Below are positions 32,501 through 40,340 of a DNA stretch of 53,799 nt, piece by piece. The DNA is taken from IMG/VR virus record IMGVR_UViG_3300047472_000142, positions 1 through 53,799 of that record; one strand, written 5' to 3'. A program made the position numbers and the translations under genes. This stretch comes from a virus. How positions within the stretch are numbered: position 1 is the first letter of the stretch; each line of letters begins with the position of its first letter. The notes under the pieces are model-generated. The model was not told the DNA's origin. It saw nothing but the letters and a program-made list of their open reading frames with translations, and did not search any database.

Positions 32501-32621
32501 GGGCGCGACGGTACTGCTCCGTCATGCCCTTGAGCCAAGCATCGATCGTCATGCACTCGCGCGTGGTGTAGGTGGCCAGCGGCTGGCAACCTGCCAATTT
32601 GTTCGGGAAAAATTCAATCAC
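29556..32621 (-). CDS. host-specificity / tip attachment protein J-like with a gpI-like N-terminus
   Basis: 1021 aa, located after the L-like and K-like genes. Assigned from size and synteny. Confidence 0.75.
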   Translation of the reverse strand: MIEFFPNKLAGCQPLATYTTRECMTIDAWLKGMTEQYRRAPVQPISVELNGELICPTLWHKVKFKPADHVQIWREPKGSDPFTITALLFKGVKAIGKMLMPKMPGMPSMAGTAQGDPIDEASAKGNKVKIGDPVRNLAGRQKLFPAYLAEPRTWFVSPREQWTEMLLYISAGSVQATNSDVNVGETSIISMGADAICNIYQPGADVSGNTASMLWYNVDEVGASSNSSAGLEMTVATALTQTATASAYQFSGTSIGIPSGAGAFPTDWASGLIIRVLSPYVYTVIDGGAGRDIVRGPLAMLNPSVGMSIEVQGANAGYYVVHSYTPYAPAVPPTSGTPSMILGSSIPTRYDYNVTPLTFTVSLGATPYSVALNTATTDLTGLVSAINTAKGGAPFVASASAGKVLLTQTGTNNGLALVSSGGADVLGSSPINTTGTAATSGTPEQPAEMTLDYVGGQPVVGLALGSALATIGPAGLRYRITAFSSTLMVVERLTSSGSVDAGWPGFDLTETVNGLITLDPSNLQGGYRGWFSCAPKGELVTELEWTVFHPNGLCGIGREGQIYPVRSFHTFEFRDADTAGPVTVIEKEHYGGTRDAQGFTYRATLPYPMRPEARIKKRFVSQPGRIDSEKQDDISWYSLRSLRQVRPTTYPGMTVIALKIRGGDRLSAQSESQVNLIGTRILPIYTGGAWTAPQPTRGIVPWCLHVLKSLGYTDADIDLPEWDRLHTVFEAAGQYYDEVIDDASTAKDRLNNALACGFAELTIKNGLVSLVRDEPRAAFDITYGPKTQTYSPQNMTKGLKIDGPLPSINDFDGVDVEYYSNLTWAWETVPCRWPGDAGLKVEKVKLPGVGDRNRAYQFGMRRRGHQLFRQDTYSWETELAGMNSGYLSFCAVASDTPGLCQSAVLLSLQSSSGGFLLESSEPIDWSAAEIYKVGISRADGSLSGPYQATAIDEYHLQIADLDFMPDTSMALLLPQLLIGPASKWAFPVLITSSNPSNGNVSLKGMPYDARVYTYDSAAAPA

Positions 32622-33000
32622 GGTAGTACACCACTCGTTGATAGCACGACTCGAAGTCGCGCACAGGGCGAATGCGGGGGCCGCCTTGGTTGGTGTCGAG
32701 CACCTTCAGTTGGCCGTCCAGATGCACGACCACGCCGACGTGCTCTAGGTAATCACCCTTGAAGGCGGCCGCGATGGCGCCTGGCTCAGGCTGGCACTCG
32801 TCCATGCCGGTCTTTAGGTCGTGATACGCGAGGGTGTTCGCGCGCAGCTTTGCCCTCCCCACACCGCCCAGCGATGGCAGCAGAGGCAGGCCGAACACTT
32901 CATGTCGAACAGCAATGACCAGGCCGTAACAGTCGAAGGCCAGCGGCCCGCGTGCGCCGTCCTTGTAGGGGGCAGACAGGTACTTTCCGATATCACTCAT
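32614..33000 (-). CDS. NlpC/P60-type minor tail protein (K-like)
   Basis: Start MSDIGKYLSAPYKDGARGPLAFDCYGLV, containing the catalytic Cys context. Confidence 0.65.
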   Translation of the reverse strand: MSDIGKYLSAPYKDGARGPLAFDCYGLVIAVRHEVFGLPLLPSLGGVGRAKLRANTLAYHDLKTGMDECQPEPGAIAAAFKGDYLEHVGVVVHLDGQLKVLDTNQGGPRIRPVRDFESCYQRVVYYRD

Positions 33001-33476
33001 ATGTAGAGCAGCCCAGGCGCGACGCTCGGGGTCAGTTGCTCTCGCGGGAACGCTGTGCCGAGCAGATCGAACAGGCCGCACGTCAGCGTGGCCACGGTCG
33101 TTTCGTACTGGCGATTGAGCAACGACATGCGGTAACGCTCGGCCGGGTAGGTCAAATCGCCTTCGAGATAGCGCCGGCAGGTCAGAGTCACCCTGGCGTT
33201 GGCGGCCTTGGCCTGCTCGATCTTGATTTGAACCGTCCCGGACAAATTGTCGAGGGCAAGAATGATGTTCTGAAAACCGGAGTTGTCTTGGTTGGGCAGG
33301 CCCTGCTCCAGGGCCATAGCGGTGAAGGAGAGCACCCGAGAATCTTCAGTGCCGCAGACGCGATCCTCGTAGCCATCGCAGAGCAAGATCGGCGTTGGCC
33401 AGATCGAGCACGTCACCTCGATGGTGTTGATCGGTAGCGGCCCGCCCGAGGCGTAGCAGATGGCAATGGGATTCAT
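32997..33476 (-). CDS. minor tail protein (L-like / DUF1833-like)
   Basis: Start MNPIAICYASG. Assigned from its position after the tape measure region. Confidence 0.55.
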   Translation of the reverse strand: MNPIAICYASGGPLPINTIEVTCSIWPTPILLCDGYEDRVCGTEDSRVLSFTAMALEQGLPNQDNSGFQNIILALDNLSGTVQIKIEQAKAANARVTLTCRRYLEGDLTYPAERYRMSLLNRQYETTVATLTCGLFDLLGTAFPREQLTPSVAPGLLYI

Positions 33477-33492
33477 GTTTTGGCCGCCCAAT

Positions 33493-33514
33493 AAAAAGGG
33501 CCGCTATGCGGCCC
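33493..33514 (-). terminator. intrinsic terminator after the moron 33533..33976
   Basis: GGGCCGC-tat-GCGGCCC with a U-tract on the minus strand. Confidence 0.6.
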
Positions 33515-33532
33515 TAGTCAGAATGTTTTGAG

Positions 33533-33976
33533 CTACTCCGATACAGAGAGTGCTCCAAGATTGAATCCGGTGATCTGGCTAATGCGCCCTCTCCAGAGCA
33601 CGCCTTGGCCTGTGGGGATTACGCCATTTGGAAGGAAAAGTTTTGCTCCCCGGAGATGGATAAATGCTGTGTTGCTACCCTTTGGTGGCTCGTCAGAAAA
33701 ATAGCCTCCAAACAACCAGTCCAACATTTTTGCGGGAAATTCAGCGGACTCAGGAGGAAATCGCTCAAGGAATGCTCCTGAGTACAATTCCGCGTAAGAT
33801 TTTGCTGAGATCATCTCTCCGCTTATGATCCCTGCATTCGTCCATAGCGTGATCGGTTGAGTGAAGTTGTCTTCGTGATTCACCACGGTTACCAGGTGCT
33901 GCAGAACCCAATCGCGATCAACGTTGTCGCTCAACTCCCCAATAACATTTTTTTCTGTTTCGCTCATATCACGCAC
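33533..33976 (-). CDS. AT-rich moron protein, tentatively GvpU-like
   Basis: ITLWTNAGIISGEMISAKSY, AFIHLRGAKLFL and LWRGRISQITGFNLGALS recall the GvpU family from memory only. Confidence 0.4.
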   Translation of the reverse strand: MRDMSETEKNVIGELSDNVDRDWVLQHLVTVVNHEDNFTQPITLWTNAGIISGEMISAKSYAELYSGAFLERFPPESAEFPAKMLDWLFGGYFSDEPPKGSNTAFIHLRGAKLFLPNGVIPTGQGVLWRGRISQITGFNLGALSVSE

Positions 33977-34068
33977 TCCCTATTGGTTGAACAGCCACAC
34001 AAGACTACATCAATAGCGGCAATCAGCTAGCGTCACGCCAACTCCGCAACCAATCAAAGCGCGTGAAG

Positions 34069-37000
34069 TTAGGTTGCGTGCGAACTCAGCCCATACTTGG
34101 CTCGGTTTGCGTCGTGCAGCTCCCCTTCCTGGAAGATGTTCGCCACACAAATACGGATGACGTCGCCTTCAGTGAGTTGAGTTCGAGTGACCTGTCCGGC
34201 CTTGCTGGCATCTTCGACCAGCTGCACCGTCATCGGCCTTTCCGAGGCGGTGACGTTGCCGCCGCCTCCCAATGCAACCGAACTGCCGCCAGATAAAGAG
34301 CGAGCTGCTGACACGTTGCCATTGCGCAGCGCTTCAACCGTGGCCACACCGCCAAACTTGCGAATGTCGGATTGCGACCAGACGATCTCGCCCTTGTGGA
34401 CAGTGCCCGCCGGATCGTTCACTCCGCCTGCGCCGGTATAGCCACCACTCGAGAAGCCGATACCAGCCGCAGCCGAGGTCGCCACTGCGCCAGCCAGGGG
34501 ACCAGTGATAGACAAGGCTGTTGCCATTGCGCCGGGCGCAAGTAAAGGGCCAACGATAGGGATTGCTGCGGTAGACGCAAACGCCGCCAAGCCTGCCTGT
34601 AGAGAGGTGGCCGTGGCGTTGGCCGCCATCTGGCCTGCAGCGCTAGTTTGAGTGGTTTTTCCAACCAGCATCTGGACGCCTTTGTACACCAGCCACTGCG
34701 CCGCCATTTCCGTCAGCGCCCCGACAACCGCTTGGAGCATTCCCGCGGCCAGGTTTCCGAACGCATCGCCGACAGACTCGGCCCCGGTGATCATGTCGTA
34801 TAGCGCATCAGACGTGCTTGCCGTGATGCCGCCCAGAGCAGACGTTACCGCGCCCTCAGCCATGCCGGCCGAGTTCTGCGCCTGCTCGGCGAACTGATTC
34901 CATCCCGCGCTGACGCCGTTCATCCAGTTGGATTGGTATTCGTCAATCTGGGCATAGTAGTTCTGCTGCATGGCGAGGCGATTGTTCAGGCCGTTCTGAA
35001 TTACCGCGTTTTCCTTGTCGTACAGATCCTGGGTAATTCTTCCGGTGTTTCGCTGCTCCAGCAGATCGGCCGACTGCCTGGCGTAATCGCGCTGGATGGC
35101 CAGATCCTGCTTGAGCCGGTCTCGCGCCTCGCTGCCAAGCCCCAAGCCGGCAACTTGCGAGTCGATTCCATCCTGGGCGGTACCGAGCCGGGCATCTTGA
35201 TTGGCCTGGAAGGCGGCCAGCTTCTCGGCCTCCTCCTTGGATACCTTGCGTAGCTCGACCTCCTTCTCAAGCGCCGAGTTCTTCTTGAGCTGGGCGGTGA
35301 TCAGATCCTGGCTGGCCAGTAGCGCCTTTTGATCGGCGGTGAGCGTGCCTTTCGACTTGAGGTCGGCCAGCTGCTGCTCCCAGCGAATCAGGGCTTGAGC
35401 CTGGGCGCCGAGCTTTTCGTTCTTGGTGCCCTGGTCGCTGATCGCTGCGTTCTGCTGGACGAGCACGGCGTAAGCCTGGCGCGACGAGTCGAGCATTTTC
35501 ATGCCGGCGTCTTCGTTATAGACCTTCGGCTTAGCCTGAGACTTGTCGTACTTGGCCTGGATGTCGGCGACTACCCTGTCGATATCCGCTTGGGACTTTC
35601 CCGCCTCGACACCAAGCTTTCTGGCGTCGGCGATATCCTTCACGAGCCTGGCTTGGTCGGACAGTTCCTTTTTGGATAGCTCACTCCATTTCGAATCCGC
35701 CTGGATACGACCCTGATTACTTTTCGTCGCATCGCCCTCCACCTTGGCGTTTTGCTGGTTCACCCAAAGCCCGAGCTTCAGCATCGAAACGCGCTTCTCC
35801 AGTGCCGCCGTCGAGTCGTCATTATTTCCCTCGCCAAGGCCGAGAGCGGTATTCAGGCTACTTAAGCCATTAGAAACCGCGCCAGCAATTCCGCCCTCTT
35901 TGCGAGTCTTGAGGATTCGCTCGATGATCTCGATCTGCTTGTCGTCATCAGGAAATAGCTCGCCGCGCACCCTGCTATAAGAATTGCTGATCGCCGTACC
36001 AATATCTCTCCAATCGCGCTCAATATCGGACAAGGATTCGCGGTAGCGCTTGAATCTGGCCTGCGCGTTTTGGTTAAGACTTTCGCTCAGGACGTCCAAT
36101 GCTTCCTGCCTTTTGCCTTGCTCGTCGAGGCCTCGGATAACCTCGTATTGGGCGCTGGTGAGTAGACCGTATTGGGCGCTGATCTTCTCTGCCGACTTGG
36201 TTGCGTTGTCTCCCATGCTGCCGAGGGCAGTTGCCACTTCAGCAGTGCTCTTACCTGTGAACTGGCCGATTGCTGATGCCGCTTCAGCCAGGTTCTTGAA
36301 TTGGATCTGGCTCAGGCCTACGCTCGCAGCCAGGGCCGTCACCGCCGCCTTAGAATCCGCCAGACTGCCGGTCAGGGCTGCTGCATTCTTGGATATCGAG
36401 CCCAGTGAGTCGGCCGTCTGACCGGAACTCGCCGAACCAGAGAACAGCGCCTTATTGAAAGCGCTAACTTCCTTTTCAGCATCGACATAAACGGCGGCCA
36501 ATGTGCCAAGTCCTGCCGCTGCGACGGTAAAAGGGTTGACCAAGCCAAGAATGTACCCACCCAGGGCCTTTGCCGCCGGACCTGCGCCGCCGAACATATC
36601 TTTCAACTGCCCGCCTTGCTGCAGGAATACCGTCAGCGGGGCCTGGCCTCCCTGGAGCGAAACAGCGATGTCAGTGAATTGCGCCGGAACGCCGCGCAGG
36701 GCCGCCGCCGTCTGTTTCGCGGTGTTGCCGGTTCGGGTCAGCGAGTCATCGAAGCTGGTAAGACCCTTGCGAGCCGTATCGATCTTCGACTTGTATTCGT
36801 CATACGTGGCAGTATCGAGCTTTCCAGCCTTGCGATGCTTAACCAGGTCCTGCTCTTGCTTGTCAAGTTCGCCCAGGCGGCGCACCACCGGGTCAATCTG
36901 CCCCAGCAGCCGCTCAAGCTCGTCGGCCTCATCCTCGATGGACTTGGTAGCCTTTTCGGCGCCCTTGCCCATCTTTTCCATGCCGGCGCCGGCCTTGTTC

Positions 37001-37122
37001 AGTGCCGGCTGAATGCTCAGGCCCGCATCTTCCAGCGCCTCAAGCGCCTTGCGCGTGTCCGCCGCCTTTGCTTCGGCATCTCGGCTGTCCAGCTCAATGA
37101 CGAGGCGGGATGTTTGGGCCAT
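34069..37122 (-). CDS. tape measure protein
   Basis: 1017 aa, Ala/Gln-rich and helical, with Gly-rich hydrophobic C-terminal segments. Confidence 0.9.
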   Translation of the reverse strand: MAQTSRLVIELDSRDAEAKAADTRKALEALEDAGLSIQPALNKAGAGMEKMGKGAEKATKSIEDEADELERLLGQIDPVVRRLGELDKQEQDLVKHRKAGKLDTATYDEYKSKIDTARKGLTSFDDSLTRTGNTAKQTAAALRGVPAQFTDIAVSLQGGQAPLTVFLQQGGQLKDMFGGAGPAAKALGGYILGLVNPFTVAAAGLGTLAAVYVDAEKEVSAFNKALFSGSASSGQTADSLGSISKNAAALTGSLADSKAAVTALAASVGLSQIQFKNLAEAASAIGQFTGKSTAEVATALGSMGDNATKSAEKISAQYGLLTSAQYEVIRGLDEQGKRQEALDVLSESLNQNAQARFKRYRESLSDIERDWRDIGTAISNSYSRVRGELFPDDDKQIEIIERILKTRKEGGIAGAVSNGLSSLNTALGLGEGNNDDSTAALEKRVSMLKLGLWVNQQNAKVEGDATKSNQGRIQADSKWSELSKKELSDQARLVKDIADARKLGVEAGKSQADIDRVVADIQAKYDKSQAKPKVYNEDAGMKMLDSSRQAYAVLVQQNAAISDQGTKNEKLGAQAQALIRWEQQLADLKSKGTLTADQKALLASQDLITAQLKKNSALEKEVELRKVSKEEAEKLAAFQANQDARLGTAQDGIDSQVAGLGLGSEARDRLKQDLAIQRDYARQSADLLEQRNTGRITQDLYDKENAVIQNGLNNRLAMQQNYYAQIDEYQSNWMNGVSAGWNQFAEQAQNSAGMAEGAVTSALGGITASTSDALYDMITGAESVGDAFGNLAAGMLQAVVGALTEMAAQWLVYKGVQMLVGKTTQTSAAGQMAANATATSLQAGLAAFASTAAIPIVGPLLAPGAMATALSITGPLAGAVATSAAAGIGFSSGGYTGAGGVNDPAGTVHKGEIVWSQSDIRKFGGVATVEALRNGNVSAARSLSGGSSVALGGGGNVTASERPMTVQLVEDASKAGQVTRTQLTEGDVIRICVANIFQEGELHDANRAKYGLSSHAT

Positions 37123-37140
37123 TGCTTTTCTCCGGGTAAT

Positions 37141-37161
37141 AAAAAACCCGCCGAAGCGGGT
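37141..37161 (-). terminator. intrinsic terminator immediately upstream of the tape measure gene
   Basis: ACCCGC-cgaa-GCGGGT with a U-tract on the minus strand, after the stop at 37178. Confidence 0.7.
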
Positions 37162-37177
37162 CTGTTTGAGTTGGCAT

Positions 37178-37510
37178 TCAGCCTAGGAGCTTAGCCTTCT
37201 CGCTCTCGAATTCATGATCACTGATGGCGCCCTTTTCTTTTAGGGTGACCAATCGTTCCAGCTGGTCATATTTATCATCGGTCCGTTTTGACACGGTAGG
37301 TATTGAGGCGGTCTTATGGATGGCAGATGCGGACCAAATCAGTGCGGCCAACCATCCAATAAACGTCCAGCCCAAGAAAATATTGAGTAACCCGATACTG
37401 TTTCCGTTTGGATGATTGCGCTTTGAAGCAATAAACGTCGGCAAGAAATATGCAACGAACGCCACAACCAGCAACACAAAGCTCGCGATTGGACTGCTAC
37501 CGTCTGACAT
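37178..37510 (-). CDS. superinfection-immunity-family membrane protein with a SHOCT tail
   Basis: YFLPTFIASKRNHPNGNSIGLLNIFLGWTFIGWLAALIW followed by LERLVTLKEKGAISDHEFESEKAKLL. Confidence 0.7.
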   Translation of the reverse strand: MSDGSSPIASFVLLVVAFVAYFLPTFIASKRNHPNGNSIGLLNIFLGWTFIGWLAALIWSASAIHKTASIPTVSKRTDDKYDQLERLVTLKEKGAISDHEFESEKAKLLG

Positions 37511-37601
37511 TTGGAATCTCCCTGAAGTAATGGCAGCAATCTACCACCATCCACAGGAAGCGCCAAAACCCCGCCAGTGTGGGGTTGTGGATTAATGATT
37601 G

Positions 37602-38483
37602 CTATGCGGTGCAGCTTCCAACCTTGGATTGCGATCGCAGTCGCAGGTTATTCATCGCAGCGATAGCGAATTCGAACAAACCGTCAGTGGTGATCGGAAT
37701 GTCACCGGGGATATGCGCGATCCCCTTCAGGAAATCGTTCTGCGAAAGCACATAGGCATCATCTGGAACCTGAATGATCTGCTGCTCACCTTTTTGGTTG
37801 AAGCTCAGCAGGTATCGGCCATCTTTGCTCACATCGAAGTATGTGTCAGCTTGCTTCGGTAAATACTGCCCTTCAAGCGAGTAAGCGGCGACGAAGTTCC
37901 GAGCTGCGTCGAGCTGCTCCGCCGGTATATCCTGTGCCGATACGACACTGAATGCTTTGTGCACTTGTGACCAGATGTGCATTCGAGCGCTTCGTTTGGT
38001 GCGTTTATCCAGACGGCTGATCTTCCCGTCGATTACAGCTGATAGGCAGTGGAAACCGTCAGATCCGATAGTGGTGCCGATCAGAGTGTAACTCTTTGGA
38101 GCCAACAGCTCAGTCGGTGCATGTGCCTTGTTCCAGTGAGCCCAAAGGACGTCGTCGCATTCGTTCTGATAAGCAATGACGCCTTCACGAAGCTCTTCGC
38201 GAACCTTGCTGGCATGAATGGACATTAGCCAGCCAGGTAGCTTGCGCAGTGGTAGGCACGACATCTCATAGCTTTTTCCATCCGCGCCAGTTGTGGTCAT
38301 CATGACCATGACTGAATGGAATCGACCTGCCTGCAATTTACGGAACTGGGTCTTCCAATCCAGCCCCATGCCTTCAACGACAGGTTTCATCGGAACGAAT
38401 GGCTCTTCACCCTTTTCGACCAGCAAAAGTTTGGCTGACCGGAACGGGATGACATTGGATGTTGCTGTGCTATTATTCGCCAT
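37602..38483 (-). CDS. ant: antirepressor with a P22_AR_N-type N-terminal domain
   Basis: Internal start MANNSTAT. KPVVEGMGLDWKTQFRKL, CLPLRKLPGWLMSI and YQNECDDVLWAHW. Confidence 0.75.
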   Translation of the reverse strand: MANNSTATSNVIPFRSAKLLLVEKGEEPFVPMKPVVEGMGLDWKTQFRKLQAGRFHSVMVMMTTTGADGKSYEMSCLPLRKLPGWLMSIHASKVREELREGVIAYQNECDDVLWAHWNKAHAPTELLAPKSYTLIGTTIGSDGFHCLSAVIDGKISRLDKRTKRSARMHIWSQVHKAFSVVSAQDIPAEQLDAARNFVAAYSLEGQYLPKQADTYFDVSKDGRYLLSFNQKGEQQIIQVPDDAYVLSQNDFLKGIAHIPGDIPITTDGLFEFAIAAMNNLRLRSQSKVGSCTA

Positions 38484-38552
38484 GACGATTTCTTCCTGGT
38501 AGTTGATCTCGTTACCCGAAACCCCTTGCGCTCGAACGCTCGGGGTTTTTTT
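38484..38552 (+). ncRNA. candidate sar-like antisense RNA across the arc-ant junction
   Basis: Plus-strand ATGACA (38449..38454), 16 nt, TATTAT (38471..38476). A plus-only terminator has CCCC..GCG/CGC..GGGG (38522..38545) followed by 7 T residues. Confidence 0.35.
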
Positions 38553-38709
38553 ATGCCTGCTTGATTTGCTGTTCATCCTTCTGTTTTGCCTCCTCAATCA
38601 ACCCTAGAACAACTGCCTGCATACTGTGAAAGCTAGCTTTTGCCTTTCTATCGACCCAGTCTTTGTGCTCGTCGGGCAAACGAAGCTTGAATTGCGCTTT
38701 TGGTCTCAA
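38551..38709 (-). CDS. Arc-type RHH repressor
   Basis: TTG start with GGAGGA 7 nt upstream, giving (M)RPKAQFKLRLPDEHKDWVDRKAKASFHSMQAVV. The ORF-track start at 38745 would run through the operators. Confidence 0.65.
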   Translation of the reverse strand: MRPKAQFKLRLPDEHKDWVDRKAKASFHSMQAVVLGLIEEAKQKDEQQIKQA

Positions 38710-38725
38710 TGCTAAATCCTCCAAT

Positions 38726-38790
38726 GGACCCAATGGGTGCATCACAAGTAGAACCCATTGGGTCCGTTTACGTCAAGACCCATTTGGTCC
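38726..38790. promoter_or_regulatory. three palindromic operators between the divergent RHH genes
   Basis: GGACCCAATGGGT (38726..38738), ACCCATTGGGTCC (38753..38765) and GACCCATTTGGTCC (38777..38790). TTTACG-17-CATTAT places a start site at about the ATG at 38802. Confidence 0.65.
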
Positions 38791-38801
38791 ATTATTTCCA
38801 A

Positions 38802-39329
38802 ATGAATAGAACAGACCCCCAATTCAAGCTACGCATCCCTGCCGAACTCAAAGCTCAGCTTGAGCTAGGGTCGGAACAGAACATGCGTTCGCTTTCAAAT
38901 GAGATACTCAAGCGACTCGAAGTGACCCTAATGCTCGATGAGCTTAAGCCGCCGTTGCGAGGTGGTTTTGCGGGGGCTCCAGAGGTTTTGTCGGTTCTCT
39001 TGACTGAGAACGAAAACCTGAGGCGAGAGAGAGACCATTTCGAGAAGATAATTTCCGAGTCGTTTTCGGAGATCATTGAGGACCGGCTGGGAAAGGTCGC
39101 TACGGAAGCCAGGGCTGCTCAGTATCAAACCGAAACCATTCAGTATCTGTGCGCCGTTTTGGCTTTGCAGAGTGCACACCCTGATGTTATTTCTGACCTT
39201 CAGCGTCGGGAGATTTTAAAAGTCGTTCAACACATTACTGGAAGTGACAGCCAAGACCCAGGTGAAATTATGGGTCTGCTCACCAATCGCCTGATCGGCC
39301 GAACGTTTGGAGAGGTATTAGGGATTTAA
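38802..39329 (+). CDS. Mnt-like RHH repressor with a long C-terminal extension
   Basis: Start MNRTDPQFKLRIPAELKAQLELGSEQNMRSLSNEILKRLE, an Arc/Mnt fold pattern. No SD, so possibly leaderless. Confidence 0.6.
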   Translation: MNRTDPQFKLRIPAELKAQLELGSEQNMRSLSNEILKRLEVTLMLDELKPPLRGGFAGAPEVLSVLLTENENLRRERDHFEKIISESFSEIIEDRLGKVATEARAAQYQTETIQYLCAVLALQSAHPDVISDLQRREILKVVQHITGSDSQDPGEIMGLLTNRLIGRTFGEVLGI

Positions 39330-39433
39330 CCATCTATAGCCCACTTCATGCCTAGACAAATCGTGACCTGAGTTTCGAGCCCAGCCCAACTGGCCAAGGC
39401 TTTTTACTTTTCCAAACATAAGTAGGAGCACCA

Positions 39434-39763
39434 ATGCACAAGGTTTTGTTGGCGGTTAGAGTCACTCAAAAAGGTGACTGGCTCGGTTATTACAGCTATC
39501 ACCTCACCCTTCCATTCGCTCCTTTCCCTGGCCTTCGCTTCGAACAAGGTGTCAGCTGTAAGCTCTGGGAAACGATGACCGGTTCGGAGCTAGACCCAGT
39601 CGTGGAGCGAGTCATCTACGATCTAGACGAAGAACGGTTTGTCTGCCTTTTCAATGTGGACATCCCACTGCGAGCCTCGCTTTGGACTGATGATGTAGAC
39701 CTTTCACCGGGATCAGTCAGTGCCATCGGCCAGTACTTCCGCCACATGCCTATCCACAAGTAA
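39434..39763 (+). CDS. hypothetical protein (mnt-operon cargo)
   Basis: 109 aa with AGGAG upstream of the ATG. Confidence 0.6.
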   Translation: MHKVLLAVRVTQKGDWLGYYSYHLTLPFAPFPGLRFEQGVSCKLWETMTGSELDPVVERVIYDLDEERFVCLFNVDIPLRASLWTDDVDLSPGSVSAIGQYFRHMPIHK

Positions 39764-39809
39764 CTACAAAGCCCTCCCGGGCTTTAACTTGCTCTAGAAG
39801 GTCTGCCAA

Positions 39810-40088
39810 ATGCCGCATGACTTCACAAAGTTAAGGCAGGCACTCCAAGATCCAGCCGACGGGCCCTACGCGCTCATCAAGATGCGGGAGCTACTCATTG
39901 AAGCTTTACGGGGCTGGCCAGGAGAAAACTACCAGACCGCCGATTACCTTCTTCCTTGGGGTCAGCTCATTACCATACGCGCTCGCAGCGCTATCGAAGG
40001 ACTTCTGGATACTATCAGTGGCGGCCATGTGAGCGCCGAAACCAATATCCTGAAACTTGCCAAGATGTGCGAACTGCTTAAGGGCTGA
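39810..40088 (+). CDS. hypothetical protein (mnt-operon cargo)
   Basis: 92 aa, co-oriented, with the end of the operon at the hairpin 40101..40124. Confidence 0.55.
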   Translation: MPHDFTKLRQALQDPADGPYALIKMRELLIEALRGWPGENYQTADYLLPWGQLITIRARSAIEGLLDTISGGHVSAETNILKLAKMCELLKG

Positions 40089-40100
40089 TGCTCCAGATGC

Positions 40101-40124
40101 AAAAAGCCCAGCGGGTGGCCGGGC
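40101..40124 (-). terminator. intrinsic terminator after the zeta-like operon
   Basis: GCCCAGC-5 nt-GCCGGGC with a U-tract on the minus strand. Confidence 0.55.
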
Positions 40125-40145
40125 TCTGAGCGAACGGAAAGGGCG

Positions 40146-40340
40146 TTATTTGCATTTCGAAATGCTGTATTCGCCGGATTTTACTGAGCGTATGACATCT
40201 TTCTGCTCATTGATGGCCACGCTAGCGGCCATGTGATAGACCGCTCGCCTTTCCTCCACGGACCCGTGGCGGAAAAACTCAGACATCGTCGACGACCCGT
40301 AAACTTTCGTCGAAGCGTCTGCTACCTTTTCGCCTTTCAT
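40146..40340 (-). CDS. small protein coupled to the zeta-like kinase
   Basis: 64 aa. Its start overlaps the kinase stop (ATGA). Confidence 0.55.
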   Translation of the reverse strand: MKGEKVADASTKVYGSSTMSEFFRHGSVEERRAVYHMAASVAINEQKDVIRSVKSGEYSISKCK

